A stretch of DNA of 63,581 nucleotides, the filler included, from Octopus bimaculoides (taxonomy: Eukaryota): the NCBI RefSeq assembly GCF_001194135.2. It is 6 parts of 6 records of this genome, joined end to end, with 100 filler letters (N's around TTAATTAATTAA, not from the genome) between each part and the next. Parts side by side here need not be neighbours in the genome. Positions count along the whole stretch, not along the records: positions 10,118 to 41,193 come from NC_068994.1; 5 more parts are not named here. The stretch is one strand, 5' to 3'. Numbering within the stretch: the first letter of the stretch is position 1; each line of letters begins with the position of its first letter. The position numbers and the translations under genes were made by a program. Shown here piece by piece: positions 12,085-24,975 of the stretch. The notes under the pieces were generated by a model. It was not told where the DNA came from. It saw nothing but the letters and a program-made list of their open reading frames with translations, and did no database searches.

Positions 12085-12088
<4 letters not shown>
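11938..12088 (-). mobile_element. SINE family A head
   Basis: Reverse complement of the family A 5' half, preceded on its own strand by (TATC)n. Confidence 0.8.
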
Positions 12089-12170
<82 letters not shown>

Positions 12171-12254
12171 GGATAGATTACACGTTTGCCGAAGTATACA
12201 CATATATAGATAGAATAGGTGAGGGAGAAAGACGCAGAAGGAGAAGGGAGATAA

Positions 12255-12468
12255 TATTGGCTTGAAGTTTTTGCACAAGACCAGCAATTTCGTGGAGATG
12301 AGGCCAGTCGATTACATCAACCACAGTGCTCAATTTGTACATACTTTATCGGCCCTAGAAGGATAAATATCAAAGTTGACCTCGGCGGAATTTGAACTCA
12401 AAACGAAAAGACGGACGAAATACTGCGAAGCATTTTGCCCGGCGTGCAAGCGAACCTGCCAGTTCAAC

Positions 12469-12470
<2 letters not shown>
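12255..12470 (-). mobile_element. SINE family B
   Basis: gttgacctcggcggaatttgaactc...cgaaatactgcgaagcattttgcccggcgtgc matches the other B copies. Confidence 0.75.
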
Positions 12471-12522
<52 letters not shown>

Positions 12523-12768
12523 TAGACAGACTGAGTGAGTAAGATAGAACGGGAAGACAATGAAAGAAATATTGAAACGTAGAATGTCCAGGCTCGAATC
12601 CACAATACCAAATGGACGGCGCCAAAATGGCTCTGCCAAAACGCCTCACACCCAAAGAAAATGGGTGATTCTTAATAAGAAATTTGAGAACTGCTGAAGT
12701 AGATAACGCAAGTGAGAAATGTCAGTTGTCTCAAGCAATACATTCCTGAAGAATATAAAAAATATTGC

Positions 12769-12811
<43 letters not shown>

Positions 12812-14029
12812 NNNNNNNNNNNNNNNNNNNNNNNNNNNNNNNNNNNNNNNNNNNNNNNNNNNNNNNNNNNNNNNNNNNNNNNNNNNNNNNNNNNNNNNNN
12901 NNNNNNNNNNNNNNNNNNNNNNNNNNNNNNNNNNNNNNNNNNNNNNNNNNNNNNNNNNNNNNNNNNNNNNNNNNNNNNNNNNNNNNNNNNNNNNNNNNNN
13001 NNNNNNNNNNNNNNNNNNNNNNNNNNNNNNNNNNNNNNNNNNNNNNNNNNNNNNNNNNNNNNNNNNNNNNNNNNNNNNNNNNNNNNNNNNNNNNNNNNNN
13101 NNNNNNNNNNNNNNNNNNNNNNNNNNNNNNNNNNNNNNNNNNNNNNNNNNNNNNNNNNNNNNNNNNNNNNNNNNNNNNNNNNNNNNNNNNNNNNNNNNNN
13201 NNNNNNNNNNNNNNNNNNNNNNNNNNNNNNNNNNNNNNNNNNNNNNNNNNNNNNNNNNNNNNNNNNNNNNNNNNNNNNNNNNNNNNNNNNNNNNNNNNNN
13301 NNNNNNNNNNNNNNNNNNNNNNNNNNNNNNNNNNNNNNNNNNNNNNNNNNNNNNNNNNNNNNNNNNNNNNNNNNNCCTTGGATTAAAATATAATAAAAAG
13401 TATTTTAAAATACCAACAACAAAGCAGGCTTTTTTCTACGTATATTTTCTGTATTAGAAAGAAAGAAAGAAAGAAAGACAGAAAGAAAGAAAAAAACAAG
13501 TAGAATGAAGAGTAGTTTTATTTTTAAAGGAAAGACAAAGGTTTTTTGTGAAATGCGATGACACGACTAATGCTAAATGCAGTTGATTTATGTTATTTAA
13601 CAGAAGCAAGATAAGATGATGGTAAGACGTTACTGGCATTAAGATTGGTCGTTTGCTTTTGTTGTTGTTGGTGGTGGTGGCGGTAGTGTTGGTGCTGCTG
13701 CTGCTGTTGATGATGCTGCTGTTGGTGCCGACGGTGGCGGCTGTGGTGGTAGTGGTGGTGGTGGTGGTGATACTGGAGATGGGGATAATTCTGCTAATGG
13801 CGGACAATCCAGCGGTAGATTTATCGGCGGAATTTACGAACGTCGGATAAAGCTGGTAAGATACAAAGGATAACAATAAGCAACAGGAAATATGCCGTTC
13901 AAAAAAACCTGTCAAAATCTTGATAGAGCAACACAGGCTATCGTCATATACGCCATGTTTCCTACGGCAGGACGATAGACACATATATATATATATATAT
14001 GTGTGTGTGTGAATATATACCTTTTATCT

Positions 14030-14172
14030 TTTACATGTTTCAGTCACTGGAAAGCAGCCATCCTGAGGAACCACCTCGAAGGGTTCAATCGAATAAATCG
14101 CCTCAGGACCTATTTTTTAAACCAGATAGTTATTCTATTGATCTTTGCCCAAACCCGGGCAAAGTTACGGTA
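14030..14172 (-). mobile_element. SINE family A tail
   Basis: Reverse complement of the family A 3' half. Confidence 0.65.
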
Positions 14173-14186
14173 ATCTCAACAAGCAG

Positions 14187-14609
14187 TTGACAATAATAAG
14201 AAAATGTTAAATAGAATTTTTGACAATGATAAGAAAATGTTAAGAGAGACTTTTGTTTAAACAGTTTACACAAGTGTTCAAAACTGGCAAGTATAATTAG
14301 TCCATAATTATCTATAAGTTCATCAGAAATCATAATTGCTTATAAGCATATATACAGAAAAAATTTGTAGACAGTATTTGATAGGAGAAAGCGTATATTG
14401 CTTTGTCAAAAGTTCATCAGAAATCAGAAATTTTTATAAGAATTTTAGGGGAATGACCAACCTTTTTTCTTCATCTCCAGTCTTGTATGCATGTCCATTT
14501 TGCCTATTTTGAAAACGTTTATGTAAACTGTTTAAACACAAAGCCTCTCTTGGAATTTTCTTATCATTGTCGAAGATTCTATTTCTTAACATTTTCTTAT
14601 CATTGTCAA
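14187..14609. mobile_element. Foldback/MITE-like element with ~105-bp inverted arms
   Basis: 14187-14290 aligns to the reverse complement of 14500-14609. Each arm carries two GACAATGATAAGAAAAT subrepeats. Confidence 0.8.
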
Positions 14610-16427
14610 AGACTCTATCACTTTATTTTAATACATCTATGTTAACTAATTTTTAATACCACAAAGGCTACACAAAGCCTTACACTTCACTTTTGAAAAT
14701 CAATTTTTAAAAACAATGAAACCGGTCAAGTCAATAACCATCTTTAAAAGACCTCTGCACTTTCAAATCCTATCCTCTATATATTCCCATTCGTGCGGTA
14801 CTTTCCAATTTTGCTTTGTAATACATATATATATATATAAAGAGATGAAAATGCAAAAACTTAGGAAAGAATCGTGAGAAATTGTTATGTGCATTCAAGA
14901 TAAGGTGGTTTCAAAGTCTGAATTAATATGGAAGAAAAGTGTTAATGTTATGCAAAGAACAATCTGTACATTAAATCGTTTTGCAAAATTAAAATTTAAT
15001 AAAACGAATGGGAGGAACAACATAATATGTGTGATTCTTAACAGTGAATGTTTGGGAGCAGTTTTGTGTAGAAATAAGTAGAACTTCCTTAAGTTTTATT
15101 AGTAAATAACGATTGATATGCATTAAAGCATATAATAGAGATATTGGTATAATTCAGATACTATTTTAATAAAAACGAAAAGCGTTTATAAGGCTTCACT
15201 GTAGTGGAAGACATCTAAATAAATATTGAGAAATATAAATAGAGAAACAAAGCAAATTAATAATGTATGGAAAATATATAATCTTGCAAAATAAAAGAAA
15301 AGCAAAATGGTAATCTACAAAAAGTGCATGATGTCAGGGTGAAGAGCATATTTCCGTTAAGCTTAGAGAAAAAATATATATAATAAATTTCGAAAATCTG
15401 AAAGTGTGAAGAATCGTCGGATGTTATTTTTAAAAAAAACTGCGCGATACTGTCTGAAAGTAAAGGTGAAACCAGAGAGATAGCAACGGATCATGAAAAT
15501 ACTGTTTTGATTATAACTAAGTGTACAGTAGAGGAAAAAGTGTTGGACTAAAGAAGCACAGAAGAATTATATCAAGGGCTGCCTACGTTGTGACATATTT
15601 CCACTGCTAAACGGCAAATACCTTGCAGTTAGCGAGGAGAAAAATTCTCTTTTGTGCTAAAAAAAAGTGTAAAAACACCATGTCTACTCGGTGTCGCCAC
15701 CTGTCGGGATTCTCACACATCGTTGTTTGTAAGGACTGTAGTTGTTATCAATGGGAAATACCTAAGAGAGGCAACTCTGGAGAGACCTATTCCAGCCGTG
15801 CCTTTAACTAAAGTACAGTCAACAACATTGACCACCGAGGTCGTGGAAATTACCGTATTTTTATAGCAGTTGAAATATGTCACAAATTTCAAACCTTATA
15901 TTTTTGTCCGAAACAATGTTATAAACTCAACATTATTATTTTGTATTCACCTGTATTATTCTCTAAGACATTATAATGCAACATCACTTGCTGTATAACA
16001 TATATATCATTTTTCAGTATTTTTACGTTTCATACTATCTTTGAAGTGTAACTTATATGTACAATGAACATTCTACAATTTCTTACAAAACAGCAATCAT
16101 TCTTTCTTCACTTTTTCCGATTTTCACAATTTTTACTTTCAAGAATGCAAATCGTAGGCATGTTACTCAACATTTTCTCATTCACTTTTTCAAGAACAAA
16201 ACTTTAAGATTTCGTTCATTTTTTCTTCGCGATTATTTCCATTTTTTTTTTCTGCATCATTCAATTTATTCATATGTTTATTCATATGATGCAATTGTTC
16301 ATATTCACGGATCTCAGTCAGTCGAATATAGTAGGATTCCTGTTCATATCCATAGTATTGGCTTCATTTTGGCTTGCAGTTTATAAAATTTCAAACTTCA
16401 AATCGTTTAATAGAATCATTTATACTT

Positions 16428-16497
<70 letters not shown>

Positions 16498-16699
16498 GTA
16501 TATATATAACCATCTAAATGTCGATTACATTGGGAGGTCAGCCTACGTTTCACAGACGGTCACAGTTTGCTGTATTGAAATATGTTGGTTTTCACTTACA
16601 TTTTCTCTTCCGTTACGTGTACGTCTTTTGGTTATTTAGTAAGACAAGGATATATATATATATATGTTGAGCTGTTATTTGCAATATCATCTTGCATTA

Positions 16700-16727
16700 T
16701 CAGATGATGCCTTAAGGCTGAAACGTT
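16700..16727 (+). ncRNA. Decayed minimal hammerhead ribozyme motif
   Basis: CAGATGA T GCC TTAA GGC T GAAAC GTT: core U4 changed to A and stem I does not pair. Confidence 0.35.
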
Positions 16728-17142
16728 TTATAAATTGTAAGAATAAACAATATTAATCATATATTCTCTACATGCTGGTTGTATTGATTTGTCTATCTAA
16801 ATTGTGTAAAACACAGACATACGACTGTATACAACCGATAACCCTAAACATGTTTGTGCATATGCGTGTGTAGTTATGGAAGTAATATCCACATATATAT
16901 ATACGTGTGCATATATGTACGTATGTATATATATATATATATATATATAATAATATTAGGGACAAAATCCAAAATTACAGGTAAAAAACTCAATTATATA
17001 TTTATATATATATATATATAAAATATGCACACAAAAATGTACACACACATACACACATGTATATAAATATTTATATATACATACAATTATAAAACCATAC
17101 ATATATACATATGGATATGTATATATATATGTTTATATCTAC

Positions 17143-17175
<33 letters not shown>

Positions 17176-17673
17176 CATATATATACACACATATACATGT
17201 ATATATATATATGCATGCATATATATATGCATATATATATATGCATATATACGTATGTTTATATATATATACATATATATATTTATATACATGTTTATAA
17301 ATATATGTATACGCATAGATATGCGTGTGCATGTGTGTATGTATGTATATGCATATATATTCAAACGTGTAACCGTGCGTGTGTCGTTTGTATATGTATA
17401 ACTCGAGTTCCCCCATTATGAGCGTTATCAATAGATACCCAAAAGATAAACTATGTTGCGTAACTATGCAGTCGACATTATAGTTAAGAAAACAGAGATG
17501 GTTATTAATCGGCCATTTTACATGTCCTTCGCCTCAGCGGTGCCTCAACATGTGTAAAGGTTAGCAAGAACAATTCCTTTGGTTCCTGCATTTGAAAGCT
17601 TTTCTTCCTTCATTTTATTTCAACGTTCTTCGAACCGATGTAAATTTGATTGGTTGCATAACTTCTATAACTC

Positions 17674-17715
<42 letters not shown>

Positions 17716-17843
17716 CTATCTCTATATGTGTGTGTGTGTGTCTGTGTGTATGTACATATGTATGTATATAGATATATGCATATATATATATGAATGTATA
17801 TATGTATTTCATTATTTACATTTATATTATATATATATATGTA

Positions 17844-17892
<49 letters not shown>

Positions 17893-18348
17893 NNNNNNNN
17901 NNNNNNNNNNNNNNNNNNNNNNNNNNNNNNNNNNNNNNNNNNNNNNNNNNNNNNNNNNNNNNNNNNNNNNNNNNNNNNNNNNNNNNNNNNNNNNNNNNNN
18001 NNNNNNNNNNNNNNNNNNNNNNNNNNNNNNNNNNNNNNNNNNNNNNNNNNNNNNNNNNNNNNNNNNNNNNNNNNNNNNNNNNNNNNNNNNNNNNNNNNNN
18101 NNNNNNNNNNNNNNNNNNNNNNNNNNNNNNNNNNNNNNNNNNNNNNNNNNNNNNNNNNNNNNNNNNNNNNNNNNNNNNNNNNNNNNNNNNNNNNNNNNNN
18201 NNNNNNNNNNNNNNNNNNNNNNNNNNNNNNNNNNNNNNNNNNNNNNNNNNNNNNNNNNNNNNNNNNNNNNNNNNNNNNNNNNNNNNNNNNNNNNNNNNNN
18301 NNNNNNNNNNNNNNNNNNNNNNNNNNNNNNNNNNNNNNNNNNNNNNNN

Positions 18349-18401
<53 letters not shown>

Positions 18402-18955
18402 CGTGCATATGTGTGTGTATGTTTAAATACATGTCAATTCAATTTGTCATGTATTTTCCATTGAAAGGTATGACTATACTCACTGATTTCTTTCCTTGTT
18501 TTTTTACTACGCAGTTTGTGAGAAATAAATCTAGATATAAAATTATAAATAAGCAATAATTTTCACATCATGAAATTCAAGACGCCATATTGAATTCTGT
18601 TTTATGAATAAATTACAATTTATTTCTATCCTGTTTTTCTTTGTCCAATGCCGTTTAAATATAAATTATTCCATTGTAGAAGCGACTTTCTGTCATGAAA
18701 ATTATTAGTTAGATTCTATTTTGTTTAAATTTATATTTAGCTTTATTTTTCCTCCATACATCTTATTTCAATATAAAGGAGCCTCTACACACTTTGCGGT
18801 TGGAAAGAGCAGCCACATCTCGCTCAGTTTACACTTTAATGTATTTAAATTAAAAATCGAAATGCTATTCGAAAGAGCAATATCAGAAATACTGTTCCTA
18901 TAAAAAAAAAATGCAGCATTCGTATCAGCAACGCTCTTAATCTTAGGTCGACATA

Positions 18956-18994
18956 AACAAGGAATGGCCTACGGCTGAAACGAAGTATCTTGTT
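18956..18994 (+). ncRNA. Decayed minimal hammerhead ribozyme motif (core partly deleted)
   Basis: Stem I AACAAGG/TCTTGTT, stem II GCC-TAC-GGC and GAAAC-GAA-GTA are retained, but the CUGANGA core is reduced to AATG. Confidence 0.3.
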
Positions 18995-19764
18995 AATACT
19001 TGTGAATCATCATGAACAGATTTACAAGTCTGTTGTCGTATTTACTATCGACAGAACTGCAAAAATCAACTGTTCAATGTCCCGCATATGACATGAATCT
19101 GTGTTTAAAAATCAGGGCAATTTAAATAATAATAAAGTCCCATATATATTGTATTTGTGAAAGGGAGAAGGTAGGCTGGTCAACCTTTTTATCATTAATC
19201 GTGTGATATGGGTTGATTTAGAACGAAGCAAATGCATAAATACTTTTTCACAAACTTCGTCATTAGGCAACAAATTCTTGTTTTAGAATGAGGAATAAGA
19301 ACATGTGATGTTAAATGATATTTCAAGTTCATTTTCTTAGCCTAGCCTGCCTCCCATGGTTTTAGGCGGTAATATTGAAGGCAAATATTTGCCTGGAATT
19401 TATTTTGTCGATTTCATAAGGAAAAAATAGAAAATTGGTTTGAACATGAAAGAGATGTGGCCAGTACAAAAACAAATACCTTATTTGTCCTCGAAGTACA
19501 CGTTTCAACAAACGCTAGCAATATACACATATATAGGTAAACATGCGTATATTTGCGTGTATATATACATACATACACACACGCACAGACACACATACAT
19601 TCACTTATGCTTTGCATTTAACAGCGAACACTACGCGAACACTATCGACCTTTCTACTCCCTTACCATTACCCCCTCCCCTTACTTAGCGGTCTATAGCT
19701 CTTTTGTCTTAATAACGGTTAACTACACAGTAATTTCCCTTTGTTTAGCGGTCATTTTTCACAG

Positions 19765-19803
19765 GAATTTTCAGTGGCCGGATAACTGAAGAGATGTTGG
19801 CGC
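19765..19803 (+). CDS. Candidate 39-bp phase 1-1 exon (G-IFSGRITEEMLA-P)
   Basis: Acceptor gtcatttttcacag, canonical donor GTGAGT. The other two frames contain stops. Confidence 0.35.
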
Positions 19804-19958
19804 GTGAGTTCCCACCCAGGCTATCGAATAAGTGTCACATATTTTTACAGATATATATATAATATAAACATATGCATATATCCATACATATATGTATATA
19901 CCTACATCTGTATGTATACATGCATGCATATATGGGAATAGGACATCACAAAAAAACG

Positions 19959-20018
<60 letters not shown>

Positions 20019-21581
20019 CATAAAATGCAGAAGACACCCAGATTGATGTTACAAGAAAGTGATTTGATGTTTATTGTAACTTTCTAATATTTTTCTAAGT
20101 GTCGATATAAAACAACTTAACATCGATAACATTGATGATGATTAATAAGAATTATTAAGATGTCCAAGAGGAGAATCAAGAAATTGGAAAAGTATCGAAG
20201 AATATATTTATTATATAGTGACATTATTCTTCGATTTTGCTTCATTGAAATTATTAGAAATACTTCTAATTGTTTTTCTTTGGTTTGGTTTCATACTATA
20301 TCCGGCAAACGTTCATTTTCATTTGTTTCCCTTTGTTTTTTGTTTTGTTTTTTTTTTGTATTCTCATCGTTGTTGTCGTAGATGTAGTTGTTGTTCTTGT
20401 TGTTGTTGCTGTTGTTATTTTCCTAGTGTTTTGTTCTTCTTATGTCATTTGGTTTCACGAATATTCAATATATATTTCCCTTGAGAATCGATTACCTAGA
20501 AATTCATTCTTGTGTGTGTGTGTATGTGGGTGTGGGTTTGTTTTGTGTGTGGGAGAGAGAGAGAGAGAGAACAGATACATAAATAAATATATGAAAAAAT
20601 GCACTTATATATACGTACATGAATTTTGTGTGTATACATTTCGTTATACTTATATATNNNNNNNNNNNNNNNNNNNNNNNNNNNNNNNNNNNNNNNNNNN
20701 NNNNNNNNNNNNNNNNNNNNNNNNNNNNNNNNNNNNNNNNNNNNNNNNNNNNNNNNNNNNNNNNNNNNNNNNNNNNNNNNNNNNNNNNNNNNNNNNNNNN
20801 NNNNNNNNNNNNNNNNNNNNNNNNNNNNNNNNNNNNNNNNNNNNNNNNNNNNNNNNNNNNNNNNNNNNNNTATATATATATTCATCTGTTGATTGATTAA
20901 TCTATAACAGCAATTCCTGATTTGACGCAGCTTTCAATATCCCCATGTTGTCTTTGCATGGTTGTTTTAAGGCTTTTTTTTAGTTTTTCAAATTCTTTTT
21001 CCAATGATACACATCTTTTACCATTTATTGTTTCTTTAAACAACACAGATTTTTTTTTTCGAAAATTATTCGCTTCTCTTAGTTATATTTATATTATGAA
21101 AGGACATATTTTGTTGTTTCTAATATAATACTTTTATTCTATGCAGCTAAGTAGAACACGGTTTTTTTCCCCTCTTGTCACTTAAGTGTTTATATTTTCG
21201 TTTCGAAAAAAACATGCATCAAATGCGCACACATATTTACATCGAACACATCCGGAATTCATAAGTTTTTTTTATTTGTTTTTTTTTTGTTTTTGTTTTG
21301 TTTTTTCAATCAAACAATTAATGCAATAATCAATGAATAAAATAAGTAAGCAATAATTTCGGTGAATAAATTAGTTATATATTCCTTAAATAAGAAATGC
21401 ATCTTAACCAGCACTGCATAAACGGAGAATTCTATAATAAACGTATACAGTGTTGTAATGAAAAGAATTCAAGATAACATTATATTGAATTCATGTTATA
21501 GATATATACGTTACTCCAACATATTACATAGCATATCAAAACATTTAATGGCTGCATAACACAAAACGAAAACAAGGGTAC

Positions 21582-21717
21582 CAAATGCACTCATGAGACT
21601 TTGGTCAGCCGGGGCTATAGTAGATGACACTTGTCCAAGGTGCCACGCAATGGAACTGAACCGTAACCATGTAGTTGGAGAGTAAAATTTCTTACCACAC
21701 AGTCAGTCCTACGCCTA
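21582..21717 (-). mobile_element. SINE family A head
   Basis: ctatagtagatgacacttgtccaaggtgccacgc...ttaccacacag. Confidence 0.8.
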
Positions 21718-21749
21718 TGTTTGTATTATAATTTCAATTTTTTGTCTAG

Positions 21750-22271
21750 TGAATTAGATTTAGGTTGCAATATGCATTTTTTGAATAGCCATCTTCACCA
21801 ATTTCCATGTAATTTAGGTGTTGTAAGTGACAAACAAGGAGAGAGACTCCACCAAGATGTCAAAACAATGGAGGAACGATACCAAGAACGGTGGGACTCA
21901 CACATGATGGCTGATCACTGCTGGTACTTGGAAAGAGATCTACCATCAACAAGTAAATACGCTAAAAGGACTTTTGCCAGAGTGAACGCTTCATATCGCT
22001 TTATTTTTCTTTTTGATTTTAAGTTAATTCTATCGCTATAACGTAATTTTACAATAGTTTGAACTGCTTTTATTCATGAAACTTGAAAATAAATTTGAAT
22101 ATGGCTTAATTTGTTAGACCTAATTTGAAAAATCTAGAAAATGGCACATAGTCTTTTAACAAAGATCAGGACCTGATAGAGCCAAACTGAGTTTAAATTC
22201 GCATTTAGCGTACCCAAATTACTTAGAACCAAATGTTAGATATCATTTAGTAAAATATATGTTCCCCAGTG
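21750..22271 (+). mobile_element. DNA transposon 3' fragment, Chapaev3-like (CMC) transposase C-terminus plus right end
   Basis: LGCNM..HFLNSHLHQFPCNLGVVSDKQGERLHQDVKTMEERYQERWDSHMMADHCWYLERD. The terminus TGTTCCCCAGTG at 22260-22271 is the reverse complement of CACTGGGGAACA. Family assignment is from memory. Confidence 0.7.
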
Positions 22272-22304
22272 CTATGTATGTGTCTATGTGTGTGTTTGGG
22301 TTTG

Positions 22305-22460
22305 TTTGGGTTTGTTTACATCCCCGTAACTTAGTGGTTCAGCAAAAGGTACGATAGAATAAGTACATGACTTAAAAATAAGTACTCAAGTACCTTTGTT
22401 CAAGCATACGCAGTGCTCTAGCATGAACGCAAACCAAAGAGTGGCAAAATTAAAGGTTGA
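22305..22460 (+). mobile_element. SINE family A tail, degenerate
   Basis: gtttacatccccgtaacttagtggttcagcaaaagg...gcagtgctctagcatg. Confidence 0.65.
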
Positions 22461-23570
22461 AAACTAAAGTGAATGTAAAAGTATGCTCCGATTGTCGTCT
22501 GTCTTACTCTTGCGATTTCCTCCATCTAGACCGTCGACCGAGAGCATCTCAAACTTCTTTTTTGAACATAAACACTCAGCCATACAGCTCTACATGCACC
22601 TACATGTAGATATTTTCCAAGTAGTATTAGATTAAAATCTCGCATTGATTTCGCTAATACCTATTTCTAGTGAGGGCTTGGTGCCCTGTCTGATGTATTT
22701 CGACTCTGACGAATAACACGTTGAAACAAATGAGCCGTGCTTTCGCTTTGTGTTATGCAGTCCCGTACGCCAGTTAGCGTGAGGAAAGACTTTTCATGAT
22801 GAAAGCTAGTATTATACAGCTCTGTCCTTTCAAAAAAATGATCCACGTGTTAGAGAACTCGGGCCTCACACTGAAGCGAATATACCAAGAATGCCAAAAG
22901 TAACAATTCGTGGTGAATAATAATTCGAAGTCTATTTCTACCGTTGAATGATATCTGAACAATAAGCTACTTTGAATAACGATTTACGGTAACCAGATAG
23001 TTGACAACTCTGTAGGGGAAATCGCCAGCATAGCTCTACTGAATTTGATAATTGATAAGCAGGTGAAATTGATAATGTTAGTGATGCAGTTGAGATGGTG
23101 TCATATGATTACAATGGTTGCATACATTATGAGTATCTATAGCAGTTATTTCTGGCCGGAATACAAATGTGTCTGCCGTTGGCATCATCGATGTGATACA
23201 TTGGTGTGCAGCATGTATAGTCTTAGGAATCTATTTGTGAAATTATATTTAATCCATGAGCGCTTGACAATAATCACCAATTTACGATAAAAGACAGATT
23301 AGTAGAGATAGATTAAACGATAGATAAATAGAACGCTATAGAGCATATAAATGACACATAACTAATACTTTCCACTAACTTCGCTTCTAATCATACGCTA
23401 CTGTCTTAAAAATAAAAGACGAAGAGCGTATTGGACAGTGTCCATTTGGATATACAGAAAAAGGGAATCTCTTAATGTATCCCTACCCTGTCAGGGTTGA
23501 TTCCGAGTTCAGTCAGTAGCAACTACATGACACATTTTAAGGAACAGATTATATCAGACGTCACAATTAG

Positions 23571-23760
23571 GCGACAAGCTGGCGGAATTGTTAGACGGAT
23601 GAGAAAAATGCTAAACGGCAATCCGTACGTTTTTTACTTTCTGAGTTCAAATTCTACTTATGTCCCCTTTGTCTTTCGCCCTTTGGGGTCGATAGGTACC
23701 AGTTGAACACAGGGATGGGGTCAAAATTTCTGGCTTTGTACCAAAATTAGAAACCAATAT
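23571..23760 (+). mobile_element. SINE family B, degenerate with internal deletion
   Basis: ggcgacaagctggcggaattgttag...ttctgagttcaaattc...ctttggggtcgataggtaccag. Confidence 0.7.
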
Positions 23761-24253
23761 CATAAAATGAATTGCTCAGTACAATACCGGGTAGGTTGCT
23801 TTATTTATTTTTTTTCTTATTTTTTTAGCAGTTGATTATTAACCAAGGCAGCAAGAAACAATTAGAAAACTCCACAGAATATATGAAACTATATATAATA
23901 GAAAGATTTTCCGATTACACCACAAAATCATACTCTACCCTTCTCCAAGACGCCTCTCTTGTTTTCCAAATTGACGAAGGATTTCCTAACAAGAATCCGA
24001 AATATAACAAAGGAAGATCATCATAATAAATGTGGTTTTGGTGAATTGTAGATACAAGCTAGAAGTGGATATACTCAGCTTGTTCCAGGCAAATCACAAG
24101 AAATATCACAACTAATTATCTTTCTAATTTACTGTTTGTCTCTATAAACATCGATTTATCTATCTGCCTGCCTGCCTGTCTGTCTGTCTCTTCTTGTATC
24201 TCCCTCTTTATTTCTCTCTTCCACCCATCCTTGTCTCCTCTGTAACGACACAG

Positions 24254-24303
24254 CCGCGTTGTTCAGTGGTCGTTCTACCAACCCACTCATCGATGACGAT
24301 TAG
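24254..24303 (+). CDS. Candidate terminal exon (P-ALFSGRSTNPLIDDD-stop)
   Basis: Long polypyrimidine tract ending acacag at 24253, phase 1 matching the 19765 exon, TAG at 24301-24303, AATAAA at 24448. The phase-0 frame is also open (45 aa), so the frame is not proven. Confidence 0.33.
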
Positions 24304-24803
24304 TTGCCGGAATACTTTCAGCACACCTCAGTATCGTGCAGACACTGACCGGTCGTTAATTAACGGAGCTAAACAACCTGTCAATGAATAACGTACGTAA
24401 ATATCAGTGTGTATCATTACTAATAACATATGAAGAGTTGAGTTTACAATAAAGTTCGCATAGTTATATACACTGACGTTCAGAATTCAGATAAATAGAG
24501 GGAGAGTGCGAAAGAAAGAGGGGGGGGGGAGAGAAAGAGAGAGATGCATATTTTATTATTTATTAACTAGTTGAAGGCGACATGTTTTATTCCGTTCTGC
24601 CCTTCATAAGTGATATGTGGCAAGTTATTAACTACTAATTGAAAATACATCAACGCCTCATTTCTATTTGTAATATTAATGGTATTCACATCCAGAATCG
24701 CATTTCTGAACATCATCTGCTATACAACAGGCAACCATTCATTTTACTATTCCCACCCCGCGCGCCCTTGATGCTCAAAACCCTTTCTCATCTCTGAATT
24801 GTG

Positions 24804-24848
<45 letters not shown>

Positions 24849-24864
24849 GTTTATCGGGAGATAT

Positions 24865-24945
24865 ATACGAGGAAGTGCTGAAAAGTTCTTGACTTTAAGG
24901 TTGTCGCGAAATGCCTAATTGGAGATCCAACCTTCCGAGTGCGTG
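24865..24945 (+). mobile_element. Mariner-type terminal fragment
   Basis: TA followed by CGAGGAAGTGCTGAAAAGTTC, typical of mariner TIR starts. Truncated before the SINE at 24976. Confidence 0.55.
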
Positions 24946-24975
24946 TGTTTATTATTGGCGTAATGACTCTCCCGT

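Noticed and set aside
15560-15870. NGKYL repeated twice, and a CSC..W segment resembling fascin or SWIM motifs
   Set aside because: Different frames, stops, and too little similarity to support a domain call.
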